From: Candidatus Kapaibacteriota bacterium
GTDB taxonomy: Bacteria > Bacteroidota > Ignavibacteria > Kapaibacteriales > Kapaibacteriaceae
DNA length: 64,000 nt
Assembly: GCA_046595995.1 (NCBI GenBank)
Contig: JBKJNB010000160.1
Location: 2,032-66,031, forward strand
Direction of reading: 5' to 3'
Positions 35,268-44,582 of the stretch are shown one piece after another; the first letter of the stretch is position 1; every line of letters starts with the position of its first letter. The notes under the pieces are model-generated. The model saw only the letters and a list, made by a program, of their open reading frames with translations, did no database searches and was not told the origin of the DNA. Position numbers and translations under genes: made by a program.

Positions 35268-38069
35268 ATGCGCCGCATAACCCCGCTACTCCTCCGTCGA
35301 CTTGCCATTGCAATCCTTGTATGTGGATGTGCCATTCCCGCACTCGCGCAGCGGTCAATGTCTGTTCAACAGCTACGATTAATTGACAGCGCACTGGCTA
35401 TGCTTGGCCTGCAGCGCCCGGACTGTGCCATGCCTCCGGACATGTTGCCTATAGACCGACATCGACGTCCGTTTCACGACCGGCTATTCACAGAGCCGTT
35501 TGCTGCATTCGATGTGGCCGACGACATGCGACAACGAACTGTGTTTGCAAATGAATACGACATGCAGGCGCTCACCGATTCACTCATGCAGATGTTAGGC
35601 ATAGGCGCGTATCGCAGACACATCTACGACATCCGCGTTAATGGCGATGAAACCATGCGCAAGCTTGGCGCAGACCCGTACTCACGCGCTGGTTATGTAG
35701 GAGCGACGTTGTTCCTCCGGTACGCCTCTGCAGCCATACAGGCTCGTGATGCAATGGCAGCAGCACACGACAGGTTTATGCGTCAACCAACACTCGTGAA
35801 CCTGAGCGATTCGCTATGGCGATTGTCTCGCGAGGATGAGACGTCATCGATATGGGACTTACATGACGATGAAGTCGCCGGACGAAAAAAGGCGGCGGCC
35901 TTCTTTCTTGCAGCGAACCCGTCAGCTTTTGAAGACATTTATGCGCACGGTGTATCACTGTACGAGCAGCTTCTTGACTTCACCCGTCTGAGTTTCGATT
36001 CTCGTCAGCTAATGCGCGACAGTATTAAAACGACTGTGTTTGACTCTCCGTACGGACGTGTGGCCATCGGCGGTGCGGGCGACGATATATATGAAGGCAC
36101 ATTCTTTCTCATCCTTGACGTAGGTGGCAACGATGTGTATCGTGGCTCTGATAGTGGCAAGTCTGCAGCACTTCGGACGTATGTACGGTGCATAGTAGAT
36201 CTTGCAGGCAACGACACTTACCTCGGTGGTGACTTTACGCTCGGCAGCGGTGCCGCCGGTGTTGGCATAATCATCGACGGCGACGGCAACGACCTCTATA
36301 GAGGTGGCGATTTCTCTATTGCGTGTGGCCTCTTCGGAATTGGAATTGTACACGATTTACGAGGCGACGATACCTACACCTCTGGGTCAAACGGTCAGGC
36401 GGCAGGCATCTTCGGCATTGGGCTTCTCATTGACGATGCGGGGCATGATACGTATCGTGCGCATGCCCAGGCGCAGGGCTTCGGTGCCACACGCGGCGCT
36501 GGCATTCTCGTAGACAGATCCGGCAATGACCAGTACCTCGCCGCAAGTCCGTACGTCGACGTCCTTCGATACGAATCGCACCAGACGACATTCACGCAGG
36601 GGGCTGCCCTCGGCTATCGACCACTGGCCTCGGGTGGCATGGGGCTACTCATCGACCATGCCGGCAATGATCAATACGTATGCGACATCTACGGCCAGGG
36701 AACAGGATACTGGTTCGGACTCGGTGGCCTCGTCGACGCCTCGGGCGATGATCGTTACCAAGCATACCAATATGCTCAGGGTGCCGGTGTACACTTCGCC
36801 AGCGGCATCTTACGCGACATGCATGGCGACGATGTATACGTCTCACATGGCGTCTCTCAAGGATGTGGCCACGACGTCGCCTTCGGAATGTTGCTAGACG
36901 ATGCGGGTAATGACAACTATGTCGTTGAGAGCCTATCTCTAGGTGGCGGAAATGCTAATGCAGTTTCGATCGTGTTAGACGAGCGTGGAAACGATTCGTA
37001 TAGCGCAACAAACACGGCGAACACACTTGGCTTCTCTGATTTCCGACGCTCATACGGAATGATAGGATTGTTTATTGATGGTGACGGCACCGATGTCTAC
37101 GGATCGACATCTCGAAATGAGTCGCGCAGTATTAAGTCGACCTACGGCGTCTTCTACGACACCAAACGTTTCGTAAGCACCGACACGACGGTTGAGGTTC
37201 CTGCCACTGCTGCTGTCACGCCAAGAGACAACACACCGCTCTCCGATTCACCAGACAGCTTGTTCATTCAGGCATCGGCAGCACCGCTACGTTTTCAGAA
37301 TAATGTGCAACCAGCACGCGACCGCCTTGCCGCCATGGGAATCGCGGCGTTACCTGAGCTCGAAACACATCTCAAGACACAGATGCCGCGCGAACGCCTC
37401 ACGCTCGAGGATGTCCTTCCGAAAATTCACGCGAAGGCTCCGGACACGATAGAGCTTCTCATTCGCGAGTCACTGTTAGCCAACGACAATGCCGAGGTGG
37501 CCCTTGCCGCAACACTTGCAGGCAAGATCAAGGCGCGTTCGGCAATATCGTCGCTGTCATTGCTAGCTACCGATACGTTGTGGCGACTGCGCCGGCTTGC
37601 AGCATTCACGCTTGGTGAGATTGGCGATAGCGCGTCAGTACCGTTACTGCAGACACTGCTGCGCGACGAGCATCCATACGTACGGGCGCGGGCTGCCTAT
37701 GCATTGGGAGTGGTGAGCGGACGCGACGGACTACGTCTTCTACGCGAGGCACTGGTCGATGACCATGGCATTGTGCGCTACTCGGCTGTCGAAGGTCTGA
37801 CACGCGGACCCAAGCGTCCGATGTCAGAGTTAACACAATGGCTTTTAAGTGTGCATGACGCGCTTGTGTTAGCATCGGGTGTGCGAATTCTTGCAGCTTC
37901 GGACACGACAGCTCGTGACACAAAAGACTTTCTCGAATTCGTGCGTAAGGCACCACCGACGATGCGCCGTGCCATCGACAGCATCGTACCAGCCCTACCA
38001 CTATATTGGCAACGGACCATGGCGCAGGCATCGGTAACACCATCGAAGAAACGTAGAAAGCGTCAATGA
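35268..38069 (+). CDS. secreted 933-aa repeat protein: ~13 G-[ND]-D-x-Y beta-helix-like repeats plus C-terminal HEAT (PBS-lyase-like) repeats
   Basis: Signal peptide MRRITPLLLRRLAIAILVCGCAIPALAQ. Thirteen spaced occurrences of G[ND]DxY (GDDIY, GNDVY, GNDTY, GNDLY, GDDTY, GHDTY, GNDQY x2, GDDRY, GDDVY, GNDNY, GNDSY, GTDVY), each preceded by G(I/L)(L/I)(I/V)D. The C-terminus has the HEAT run ...LRDEHPYVRARAAYALGVV...LVDDHGIVRYSAVEGL... Confidence 0.6.
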   Translation: MRRITPLLLRRLAIAILVCGCAIPALAQRSMSVQQLRLIDSALAMLGLQRPDCAMPPDMLPIDRHRRPFHDRLFTEPFAAFDVADDMRQRTVFANEYDMQALTDSLMQMLGIGAYRRHIYDIRVNGDETMRKLGADPYSRAGYVGATLFLRYASAAIQARDAMAAAHDRFMRQPTLVNLSDSLWRLSREDETSSIWDLHDDEVAGRKKAAAFFLAANPSAFEDIYAHGVSLYEQLLDFTRLSFDSRQLMRDSIKTTVFDSPYGRVAIGGAGDDIYEGTFFLILDVGGNDVYRGSDSGKSAALRTYVRCIVDLAGNDTYLGGDFTLGSGAAGVGIIIDGDGNDLYRGGDFSIACGLFGIGIVHDLRGDDTYTSGSNGQAAGIFGIGLLIDDAGHDTYRAHAQAQGFGATRGAGILVDRSGNDQYLAASPYVDVLRYESHQTTFTQGAALGYRPLASGGMGLLIDHAGNDQYVCDIYGQGTGYWFGLGGLVDASGDDRYQAYQYAQGAGVHFASGILRDMHGDDVYVSHGVSQGCGHDVAFGMLLDDAGNDNYVVESLSLGGGNANAVSIVLDERGNDSYSATNTANTLGFSDFRRSYGMIGLFIDGDGTDVYGSTSRNESRSIKSTYGVFYDTKRFVSTDTTVEVPATAAVTPRDNTPLSDSPDSLFIQASAAPLRFQNNVQPARDRLAAMGIAALPELETHLKTQMPRERLTLEDVLPKIHAKAPDTIELLIRESLLANDNAEVALAATLAGKIKARSAISSLSLLATDTLWRLRRLAAFTLGEIGDSASVPLLQTLLRDEHPYVRARAAYALGVVSGRDGLRLLREALVDDHGIVRYSAVEGLTRGPKRPMSELTQWLLSVHDALVLASGVRILAASDTTARDTKDFLEFVRKAPPTMRRAIDSIVPALPLYWQRTMAQASVTPSKKRRKRQ

Positions 38070-39538
38070 TCCGTCACCCGTTTACGCTCGACCATCTTTC
38101 ACGAGCGTTAAGTGAAAAACTTTCCGGTGCCGTACTCCTAGAAGCGTACTCGCAAGAAAAGTATATCGTCATTATGCGCTTCGACAGGTTGGGCGAAGAC
38201 ATAACAATCCTGGCAAGTGTGCAGCCAATGGACAGCAGAATTGTTGTCCGCACCGACCTGCGTCGCTCTCGCAAAAACACCCTCGATGTATTCCCCGACC
38301 TCATCGGACAACGTGTTGCAACCATAACGCGTCACCCGGAAAACCGCATCATCACCTTCTGGTTCGAAACCGTTCAGCTTCATGTAATGATGTTTGGCAA
38401 TGCTACGGGCAACATCATTGCAACATCCGACGGTGTGGTCGTTGATGCACTGCGCGACAAGCAGCCACTTGTCGGAAGCCCCTTAACCCTGCCTGCCTAC
38501 ACTCCGAAACTTGGCGCGTACTACGAGGAACTTGCCCGCGATGGCGTCGATGTCGAACGTGCGTGCGCAGAGTCGACAACGTACTATGTGCTCGAGCGCG
38601 GCACTGACATTCTTTTCTCGCTATTGCCGTTGCCCGGGTGGCTCATTACGCAGGCAACACCGGACATCATTGCCGCCATGCGTCGCGTGCTTCAGACACG
38701 TCGCAAGCGGATGTATCTCAATGCTGCAAAAAAGCTCACGCTAAAGCGACTCGAACGTGAGAAGTCAAAACTGCAGCGTGGCATCGATGGCATGCAGAGT
38801 GATGTTGCAAAAGCCGACAAAGCATCGATGTATCGTATGCACGCCGATCTACTTCTGTCACTCCCAAATCCCACGTCGAACGCAGAGCCCACACTCGCGC
38901 TTACCGATTGGAACGGCGTCGAACATGCCATCGTGCTCGATCCGCAGCGCACGTATCTGCAGAATGCAGAAGCCCTGTACGATCGCGCGCACAAATCGGA
39001 GAAAGCCGCCGAAGAACGTCAGCGTCGGCTCCCCCAGTACATCAACAATCTCACACGCGTCCAAGCACAAATCACTCGCATCGAATCCGCTAATAGCCTC
39101 GAAGAAGCCGAATCATTTTTCGACTCACCCATGGAACAGAAAAGTAAAACCACAAACGCGCCAACGCCCTATCGCACGTTTGTTCTCGACGACACCTATA
39201 CGCTCTACGTCGGCCGAAGCGCCGCCAACAATGACGAACTCACGATGCGTTTCGCAAAGCAGAACGACTGGTGGTTCCATGCACGCGGCGTCACTGGCTC
39301 ACACGCTGTGTTAAGGGGCGGAGAAGGGGCAACGAAGCCCCCTCGTCAGATCCTTGAACGCGCCGCAGCAATAGCAGCGTATTATTCGCACGCCCGCAAC
39401 GCAACCTACGTTCCCGTCATTTACACGCAGAAAAAATATGTGCGTAAACCCAAAGGCGCCAACGTCGGCGCCGTCACCCTCGAACGTGAAGAAGTAATAA
39501 TGGTGAAGCCGGAATTGCCAGCGGGGTCTGCGGAATAG
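38066..39538 (+). CDS. NFACT-family protein (RqcH / FbpA-like, DUF814)
   Basis: 490 aa. C-terminal NFACT-R/DUF814 core ...WWFHARGVTGSHAVLRG... and ...YYSHARNATYVPV.... Start overlaps the upstream stop (ATGA). Confidence 0.6.
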   Translation: MIRHPFTLDHLSRALSEKLSGAVLLEAYSQEKYIVIMRFDRLGEDITILASVQPMDSRIVVRTDLRRSRKNTLDVFPDLIGQRVATITRHPENRIITFWFETVQLHVMMFGNATGNIIATSDGVVVDALRDKQPLVGSPLTLPAYTPKLGAYYEELARDGVDVERACAESTTYYVLERGTDILFSLLPLPGWLITQATPDIIAAMRRVLQTRRKRMYLNAAKKLTLKRLEREKSKLQRGIDGMQSDVAKADKASMYRMHADLLLSLPNPTSNAEPTLALTDWNGVEHAIVLDPQRTYLQNAEALYDRAHKSEKAAEERQRRLPQYINNLTRVQAQITRIESANSLEEAESFFDSPMEQKSKTTNAPTPYRTFVLDDTYTLYVGRSAANNDELTMRFAKQNDWWFHARGVTGSHAVLRGGEGATKPPRQILERAAAIAAYYSHARNATYVPVIYTQKKYVRKPKGANVGAVTLEREEVIMVKPELPAGSAE

Positions 39539-39570
39539 CGTAGTGGTTTGTGCGACACTTCGTCGCACCG

Positions 39571-41466
39571 TCACTCTTCTAGGTATGTGTAACCGTATAG
39601 ACCACTGCGGTAGATGGCTAGGAACTCTTTGCCTTCGAGAGCGCTGATGCGTTTCTCTTTGACGGATGCAGAGACCCAGGCTTCCATGGTGCGGACGAGT
39701 TTCTTGGCGTCGAACTGCACATAGTCGAGAACGTCTGCTACGGTTTCGCCATCAATGACTTGTTCGATTTCGTAGCCCTTGTCTGTTACAACGACATGCA
39801 CGGCATTGGTATCGCCAAAGAGATTGTGCAGATCGCCAAGAATTTCCTGATACGCGCCGACGAGGTAAACAGCGAGGTAATACGGTTCGCCTTCTTTTAA
39901 CGCGTGTAGTGGAAGTGAATTCGATGATTCACGAACGCCGATAAAGTGATCGATCTTACCGTCGCTATCACACGTAATGTCTTGCAGTGTTGCGAGGCGA
40001 CCTGGACGTTCACCGTGACGATGGATGGGCATGATTGGGAAGAGCTGATCGATTGCCCACGAATCTGGCAGCGACTGAAAGAGCGAGAAGTTGCAGAAGT
40101 ATTTATCTGCAAGGAGTTTCTGCAGTTGTCGGACTTCATCGGGGACTTGTTTGAGGTCGGCTGTAAGTTCACTGGCTTTGTGTGCGATCGACCAGTAAAG
40201 CTTTTCGGTTTGTGCTCGCGTTTTCAAGTCGATGAGACCTAGCGAAAAACGATCGAGGGCTTCTTCGCGCATCTGTTGTGCATCGTGCCATGACTCGAGC
40301 ATATTTCTGTTATTCAGCGCGCCGAGGATGGTATGCATCTCGCGAACGATTTCATGGTCTTTCTTCGTTACGCGGTCTTTTGAGGTCCACGTCGGCAAGC
40401 TCGACGTCTCCAGCACATTGAACACCAGCACCGAATGATGCGCTGTAAGTGCACGCCCAGATTCCGTTATGATATTCGGGTGTGGTAGGTCATTCTTCGA
40501 TGCTGCATCGACAAGTGTCGAGATTGCATCGTTCGCGTATTCCTGAATCGAGTAGTTGATGCTCGAGGCCACGGCTGAACGAGAACCGTCGTAATCGACG
40601 CCCAATCCACCACCGATGTCGACAAAATCGACGCAGCAGCCCATTTGCTTTAGCTGAACGTAGAACTGAGCAACCTCGCGCAAACCGGACTTGATCTTGC
40701 GAATGTTCGTGATCTGTGAACCAAGGTGGAAGTGAATTAGACGAAAGCAATCGAGGAGATCATGCTCACGAGCGTAGTCTACTGCCTCGAGTAGTTCGGA
40801 TGCGTTTAATCCGAACTTCGACTGGTCTCCGCCCGATTCTTCCCATTTACCACTACCTGCTGCGGCCAGTTTGATGCGAATGCCGATGTTTGGACGGACT
40901 TTTACGCGCTTCGCTACTGCGTTAATCAACTTCAGTTCATTGAGTTTTTCGACAACGAGATAAATGCGTTTACCCATCTTTTGAGCGAGGAGGGCGAGCT
41001 CAATGAACTCTTCGTCTTTGTAGCCATTGCAGATAATGAGCGCTTCTTCGTTGTCCATGATTGCCAACACCGCATGCAGCTCTGGTTTTGAGCCCGCCTC
41101 GAGTCCGATGTTGAAGCGTTTGCCATGCCTGACAATTTCTTCGAGGACTGGACGCTGCTGGTTGACTTTGATGGGATAAACGCTGAAGTACTTGCCCGTA
41201 TAGTCGTATTCGGTGGATGCTTTGACGAAGCAGCCCGCAATCTTTTCTATGCGATCGTCGAGGATGTCCGGGAAACGTAAAAGCACCGGTACCGAGACAT
41301 CACGTAGGATGAGTTCGTCTACGAGTTCCTTTAGGTCTACCGACGGACCCTTTGATTTGCGCGGCATGACGGTGGCGTTACCCTTTGCGTTGATGCCATA
41401 ATATCCGATACCCCAACCGGCCACGTTGTAGAGTTCTGAAGAGTCTTCAATCCGCCATTTGCGCAT
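39571..41466 (-). CDS. speA: biosynthetic arginine decarboxylase
   Basis: 631 aa. N-terminus ...PVLLRFPDILDDRIEKI... and the PLP-fold region ...YPIKVNQQRPVLEEI... are collinear with SpeA. Confidence 0.9.
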   Translation of the reverse strand: MRKWRIEDSSELYNVAGWGIGYYGINAKGNATVMPRKSKGPSVDLKELVDELILRDVSVPVLLRFPDILDDRIEKIAGCFVKASTEYDYTGKYFSVYPIKVNQQRPVLEEIVRHGKRFNIGLEAGSKPELHAVLAIMDNEEALIICNGYKDEEFIELALLAQKMGKRIYLVVEKLNELKLINAVAKRVKVRPNIGIRIKLAAAGSGKWEESGGDQSKFGLNASELLEAVDYAREHDLLDCFRLIHFHLGSQITNIRKIKSGLREVAQFYVQLKQMGCCVDFVDIGGGLGVDYDGSRSAVASSINYSIQEYANDAISTLVDAASKNDLPHPNIITESGRALTAHHSVLVFNVLETSSLPTWTSKDRVTKKDHEIVREMHTILGALNNRNMLESWHDAQQMREEALDRFSLGLIDLKTRAQTEKLYWSIAHKASELTADLKQVPDEVRQLQKLLADKYFCNFSLFQSLPDSWAIDQLFPIMPIHRHGERPGRLATLQDITCDSDGKIDHFIGVRESSNSLPLHALKEGEPYYLAVYLVGAYQEILGDLHNLFGDTNAVHVVVTDKGYEIEQVIDGETVADVLDYVQFDAKKLVRTMEAWVSASVKEKRISALEGKEFLAIYRSGLYGYTYLEE

Positions 41467-41534
41467 GTATTACTTCCGCGGTGCTTAGGGGTGATAAACG
41501 AAGGCGCAAAACTACGAAGACTATATTTGCGCTC

Positions 41535-42005
41535 ATGGCATCGTCCGCAACCGATATCGAGCAGTTAAAGCAACAGTTCGCCGAATACCTTCGGCGACAG
41601 AAATATCGCAACACACAAGAGCGGTATAAGGTGCTTGACCGCATTGCTGAGCTCGATCGTCACTTCAGTGCTGATGAGCTCTACATGTACATGAATACCA
41701 AAGGAGATCGCATCTCCCGCGCAACCGTGTACTCTACCCTTGATCTCCTGACAAAGTGCAGTATTCTCATGAAACACAGGTTTCAGGGCGATAGTGCGCA
41801 TTTTGAGCTCTCGTCGAGAATGCCAGATCATGATCACTTAATATGTGTGGAGTGCGGTCATATCGTCGAATTCAGAGAGAAGCAGATCGACGACATCCGT
41901 AATCAAGTTGCTCTAGATCTCGGTTTTCGACCCTTAATGCACTCACTACAGATTTTTGCAGTGTGTCCGGACCCCATCACCTGTGCACACAACACACACG
42001 AGTAG
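41535..42005 (+). CDS. fur: Fur-family transcriptional regulator
   Basis: ATG at 41535. HTH region (LRRQKYRNTQERYKVLDRIAELDRHFSADELYMYM), metal-site His cluster and CxxC (HDHLICVECGHIVEF). Confidence 0.75.
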   Translation: MASSATDIEQLKQQFAEYLRRQKYRNTQERYKVLDRIAELDRHFSADELYMYMNTKGDRISRATVYSTLDLLTKCSILMKHRFQGDSAHFELSSRMPDHDHLICVECGHIVEFREKQIDDIRNQVALDLGFRPLMHSLQIFAVCPDPITCAHNTHE

Positions 42006-42050
42006 CACCAGCGGAACACTTTGTTCTATCACAGCCTCACCGAAATCCGA

Positions 42051-44582
42051 ATGAAGAATCTCGTCATAGTAGAGTCCCCCTCAAAAGCCAAGACCATCCA
42101 GAAGTTTCTTGGTGGTGATTTTATCGTGACGTCATGTATGGGCCACATCCGAGATCTGCCGGGCAATGACAAGGCGATTGACGTCGAGCATGATTTCGCG
42201 CCTGTTTACGAAGTATCCGAAGACAAGAAAAAGCTTGTCAACGAGCTAAAGAAAATGGCGAAGGAAGCGGATATCGTATGGCTCGCGTCCGACGAAGACC
42301 GCGAGGGCGAGGCCATCGCCTGGCACCTCTATGAAGCACTTGCGCTGACGAAGGACAAAACGAGACGCATTGCCTTTCACGAAATCACGAAGTCGGCCAT
42401 TCTCAAGGCCGTGCAACAGCCACGCGATATCGATCTGAACCTTGTCGATGCTCAGCAGGCACGACGCGTGCTCGATCGGTTAGTGGGTTACGGACTCTCA
42501 CCTGTACTCTGGCGCAAGGTCCAAAAGAATCTCTCTGCTGGTCGTGTACAGTCCGTAGCGGTTCGACTCGTTGTCGAACGTGAGCGCGAAATACAAGAAT
42601 TCTCGGCAACGAGCCAGTTCCGCGTTAAAGCGTTGTTCGATGTCGACGGACGTACACTCACGGCTGAACTCCCCCGACGCTTCGACACAGAAGACGAGGC
42701 TCGCTCGTTTCTCGAGTCGTGCATCGGTGCATCGTTTCATATAGCGAATCTCGAAACAAAGCCTGCTAAGAAGTCCCCCGCAGCCCCTTTCACGACGTCT
42801 ACCCTACAGCAGGAAGCAAGTCGCAAGCTTGGTTATTCGCTGTCACGCACGATGAAGCTGGCGCAAGACCTTTACGAGCAAGGACACATTTCGTACATGC
42901 GTACGGATTCTGTGAACCTCTCTGAGCTTGCGATTGAAGGGGCTAAGGCTGAGGTGCTGTCGGCGTACGGAGCAGAGTACAGCAACCCTAAGAACTACAC
43001 GACGAAAGTTGCGAGCGCGCAGGAAGCTCACGAAGCAATACGTCCGACAGAGTTTGGTACTCGCGGTGCAGGCGAGAGCGACAACCATAAGAAGCTTTAC
43101 GATCTGATCTGGAAACGCACTGTCGCTTCGCAAATGGCCGACGCCAAACTGGAACGAACGATTGCAACGATTTCGGTATCGACTGTGCCCGATACACTTG
43201 TTGCAACAGGCGAAGTCCTCATCTTCGACGGGTTCTTGAAAGTGTACCTAGAGTCGAGTGACGAAGAGCAGCAGGACGACGACGATACCTCGAAGATGCT
43301 GCCGCCACTATCGATTAATCAGACATTGCCTTTACAGACAATGCACGCCAACGAGCGTTTTTCACGACCGCCCGCACGTTATACAGAAGCCAGCCTCGTG
43401 CGCAAGCTCGAAGAGCTTGGTATCGGACGTCCTTCGACCTATGCCCCAACGATTTCGACAATTCAGGCGCGCAAGTACGTTGTGAAAGAAGACCGAGACG
43501 GCAAGCAACGTGAAATACGGTTACTGCGTCTCGAGCATTCCGCGATCACGCGCACAGTAGAGGTCGAGAATACTGGCGCCGAACGATCGAAGCTTTTCCC
43601 TACGGATGTTGGAAGCGTTGTTACCGACTTCCTGAAGCAACACTTCGAAGGCATTATGGACTACGGCTTTACAGCAAGTGTCGAGAAGCAGTTCGATGAG
43701 ATTGCACAAGGCCAATTGAAGTGGACCGAGATGATCCGCGCGTTCTACGTCCCGTTCGATGCAGAAGTAAAGAAGACAACAGAAACCGCTGAACGTCAGA
43801 GCGGCGAACGCAAGATTGGTGTCGATCCCAAATCTGGTAAAAATGTTTACGTACGCTTAGCTCGATATGGCCCTATCGTTCAGATCGGCGAAGCAGACGA
43901 TGAAGAAAAGATTCAAAAGGGTCTAGCTGGCACGATGTCGATTGCAACCGTTACTCTCGACGAAGTAATGGAGCTCTTCAAATTCCCACGCAACATCGGG
44001 ATGTTTGAAGACGCTAAAATGGATGTAAAGCTCGGACGATTCGGTCCGTACATCGAACACAACAAGGCGTTCTATTCTATCCCCAAAGACGACGACCCCT
44101 ACACCATCGAAGCGGAACGCGGTGTTGAGGTAATCCTTGCTCGGCGTCAGAACATACTCGACCGGACGATTAAGACGTTCGACGAAGACCCAAATGTCAA
44201 GATCATCAAAGGCCGATGGGGTCCGTTCATCTCAGTCGGCAAGCAGAACGTCCGCATTCCCAAAGGCACAGACGCCACGACACTTACCCTTGAGGAGTGC
44301 CTTCAGCTAGCTGCACAACAGGCGCCTGTAAAGCCGTCCCGCAAGAAAACCGCAGAAGACGGCACACCAGTTGCAAAGAAAACGGCAGCGAAGAAGCCTG
44401 CGAAGAAAGCAGCGGCTAAAAAGAAGCCTGCTGCTAAGAAGACCACTGCCAAGAAGTCAACAGCAAAGAAGACAACAGCGACAAAAACCGCCTCGACAAA
44501 AACTGCAGCGAAAAAATCCACAACGGCGAAGGCGACAACCGACATGGCACCCCCTGTTGAACAATCTGACGGAGCATCATGA
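42051..44582 (+). CDS. topA: DNA topoisomerase I with a lysine/alanine/threonine-rich histone-H1-like C-terminal tail
   Basis: MKNLVIVESPSKAKTIQKFLG (TOPRIM start as in E. coli TopA), the active-site Tyr region ...HISYMRTDS... and C-terminal zinc-ribbon-like repeats. The final ~75 aa are AKK/TAKK repeats. Confidence 0.9.
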   Translation: MKNLVIVESPSKAKTIQKFLGGDFIVTSCMGHIRDLPGNDKAIDVEHDFAPVYEVSEDKKKLVNELKKMAKEADIVWLASDEDREGEAIAWHLYEALALTKDKTRRIAFHEITKSAILKAVQQPRDIDLNLVDAQQARRVLDRLVGYGLSPVLWRKVQKNLSAGRVQSVAVRLVVEREREIQEFSATSQFRVKALFDVDGRTLTAELPRRFDTEDEARSFLESCIGASFHIANLETKPAKKSPAAPFTTSTLQQEASRKLGYSLSRTMKLAQDLYEQGHISYMRTDSVNLSELAIEGAKAEVLSAYGAEYSNPKNYTTKVASAQEAHEAIRPTEFGTRGAGESDNHKKLYDLIWKRTVASQMADAKLERTIATISVSTVPDTLVATGEVLIFDGFLKVYLESSDEEQQDDDDTSKMLPPLSINQTLPLQTMHANERFSRPPARYTEASLVRKLEELGIGRPSTYAPTISTIQARKYVVKEDRDGKQREIRLLRLEHSAITRTVEVENTGAERSKLFPTDVGSVVTDFLKQHFEGIMDYGFTASVEKQFDEIAQGQLKWTEMIRAFYVPFDAEVKKTTETAERQSGERKIGVDPKSGKNVYVRLARYGPIVQIGEADDEEKIQKGLAGTMSIATVTLDEVMELFKFPRNIGMFEDAKMDVKLGRFGPYIEHNKAFYSIPKDDDPYTIEAERGVEVILARRQNILDRTIKTFDEDPNVKIIKGRWGPFISVGKQNVRIPKGTDATTLTLEECLQLAAQQAPVKPSRKKTAEDGTPVAKKTAAKKPAKKAAAKKKPAAKKTTAKKSTAKKTTATKTASTKTAAKKSTTAKATTDMAPPVEQSDGAS

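Noticed and set aside
41467-41534. Fur box in the speA-fur divergent intergenic region (GGTGATAAACGAAGG)
   Set aside because: It is only a partial, weak match to the GATAATGATAATCATTATC consensus, too degenerate to call.
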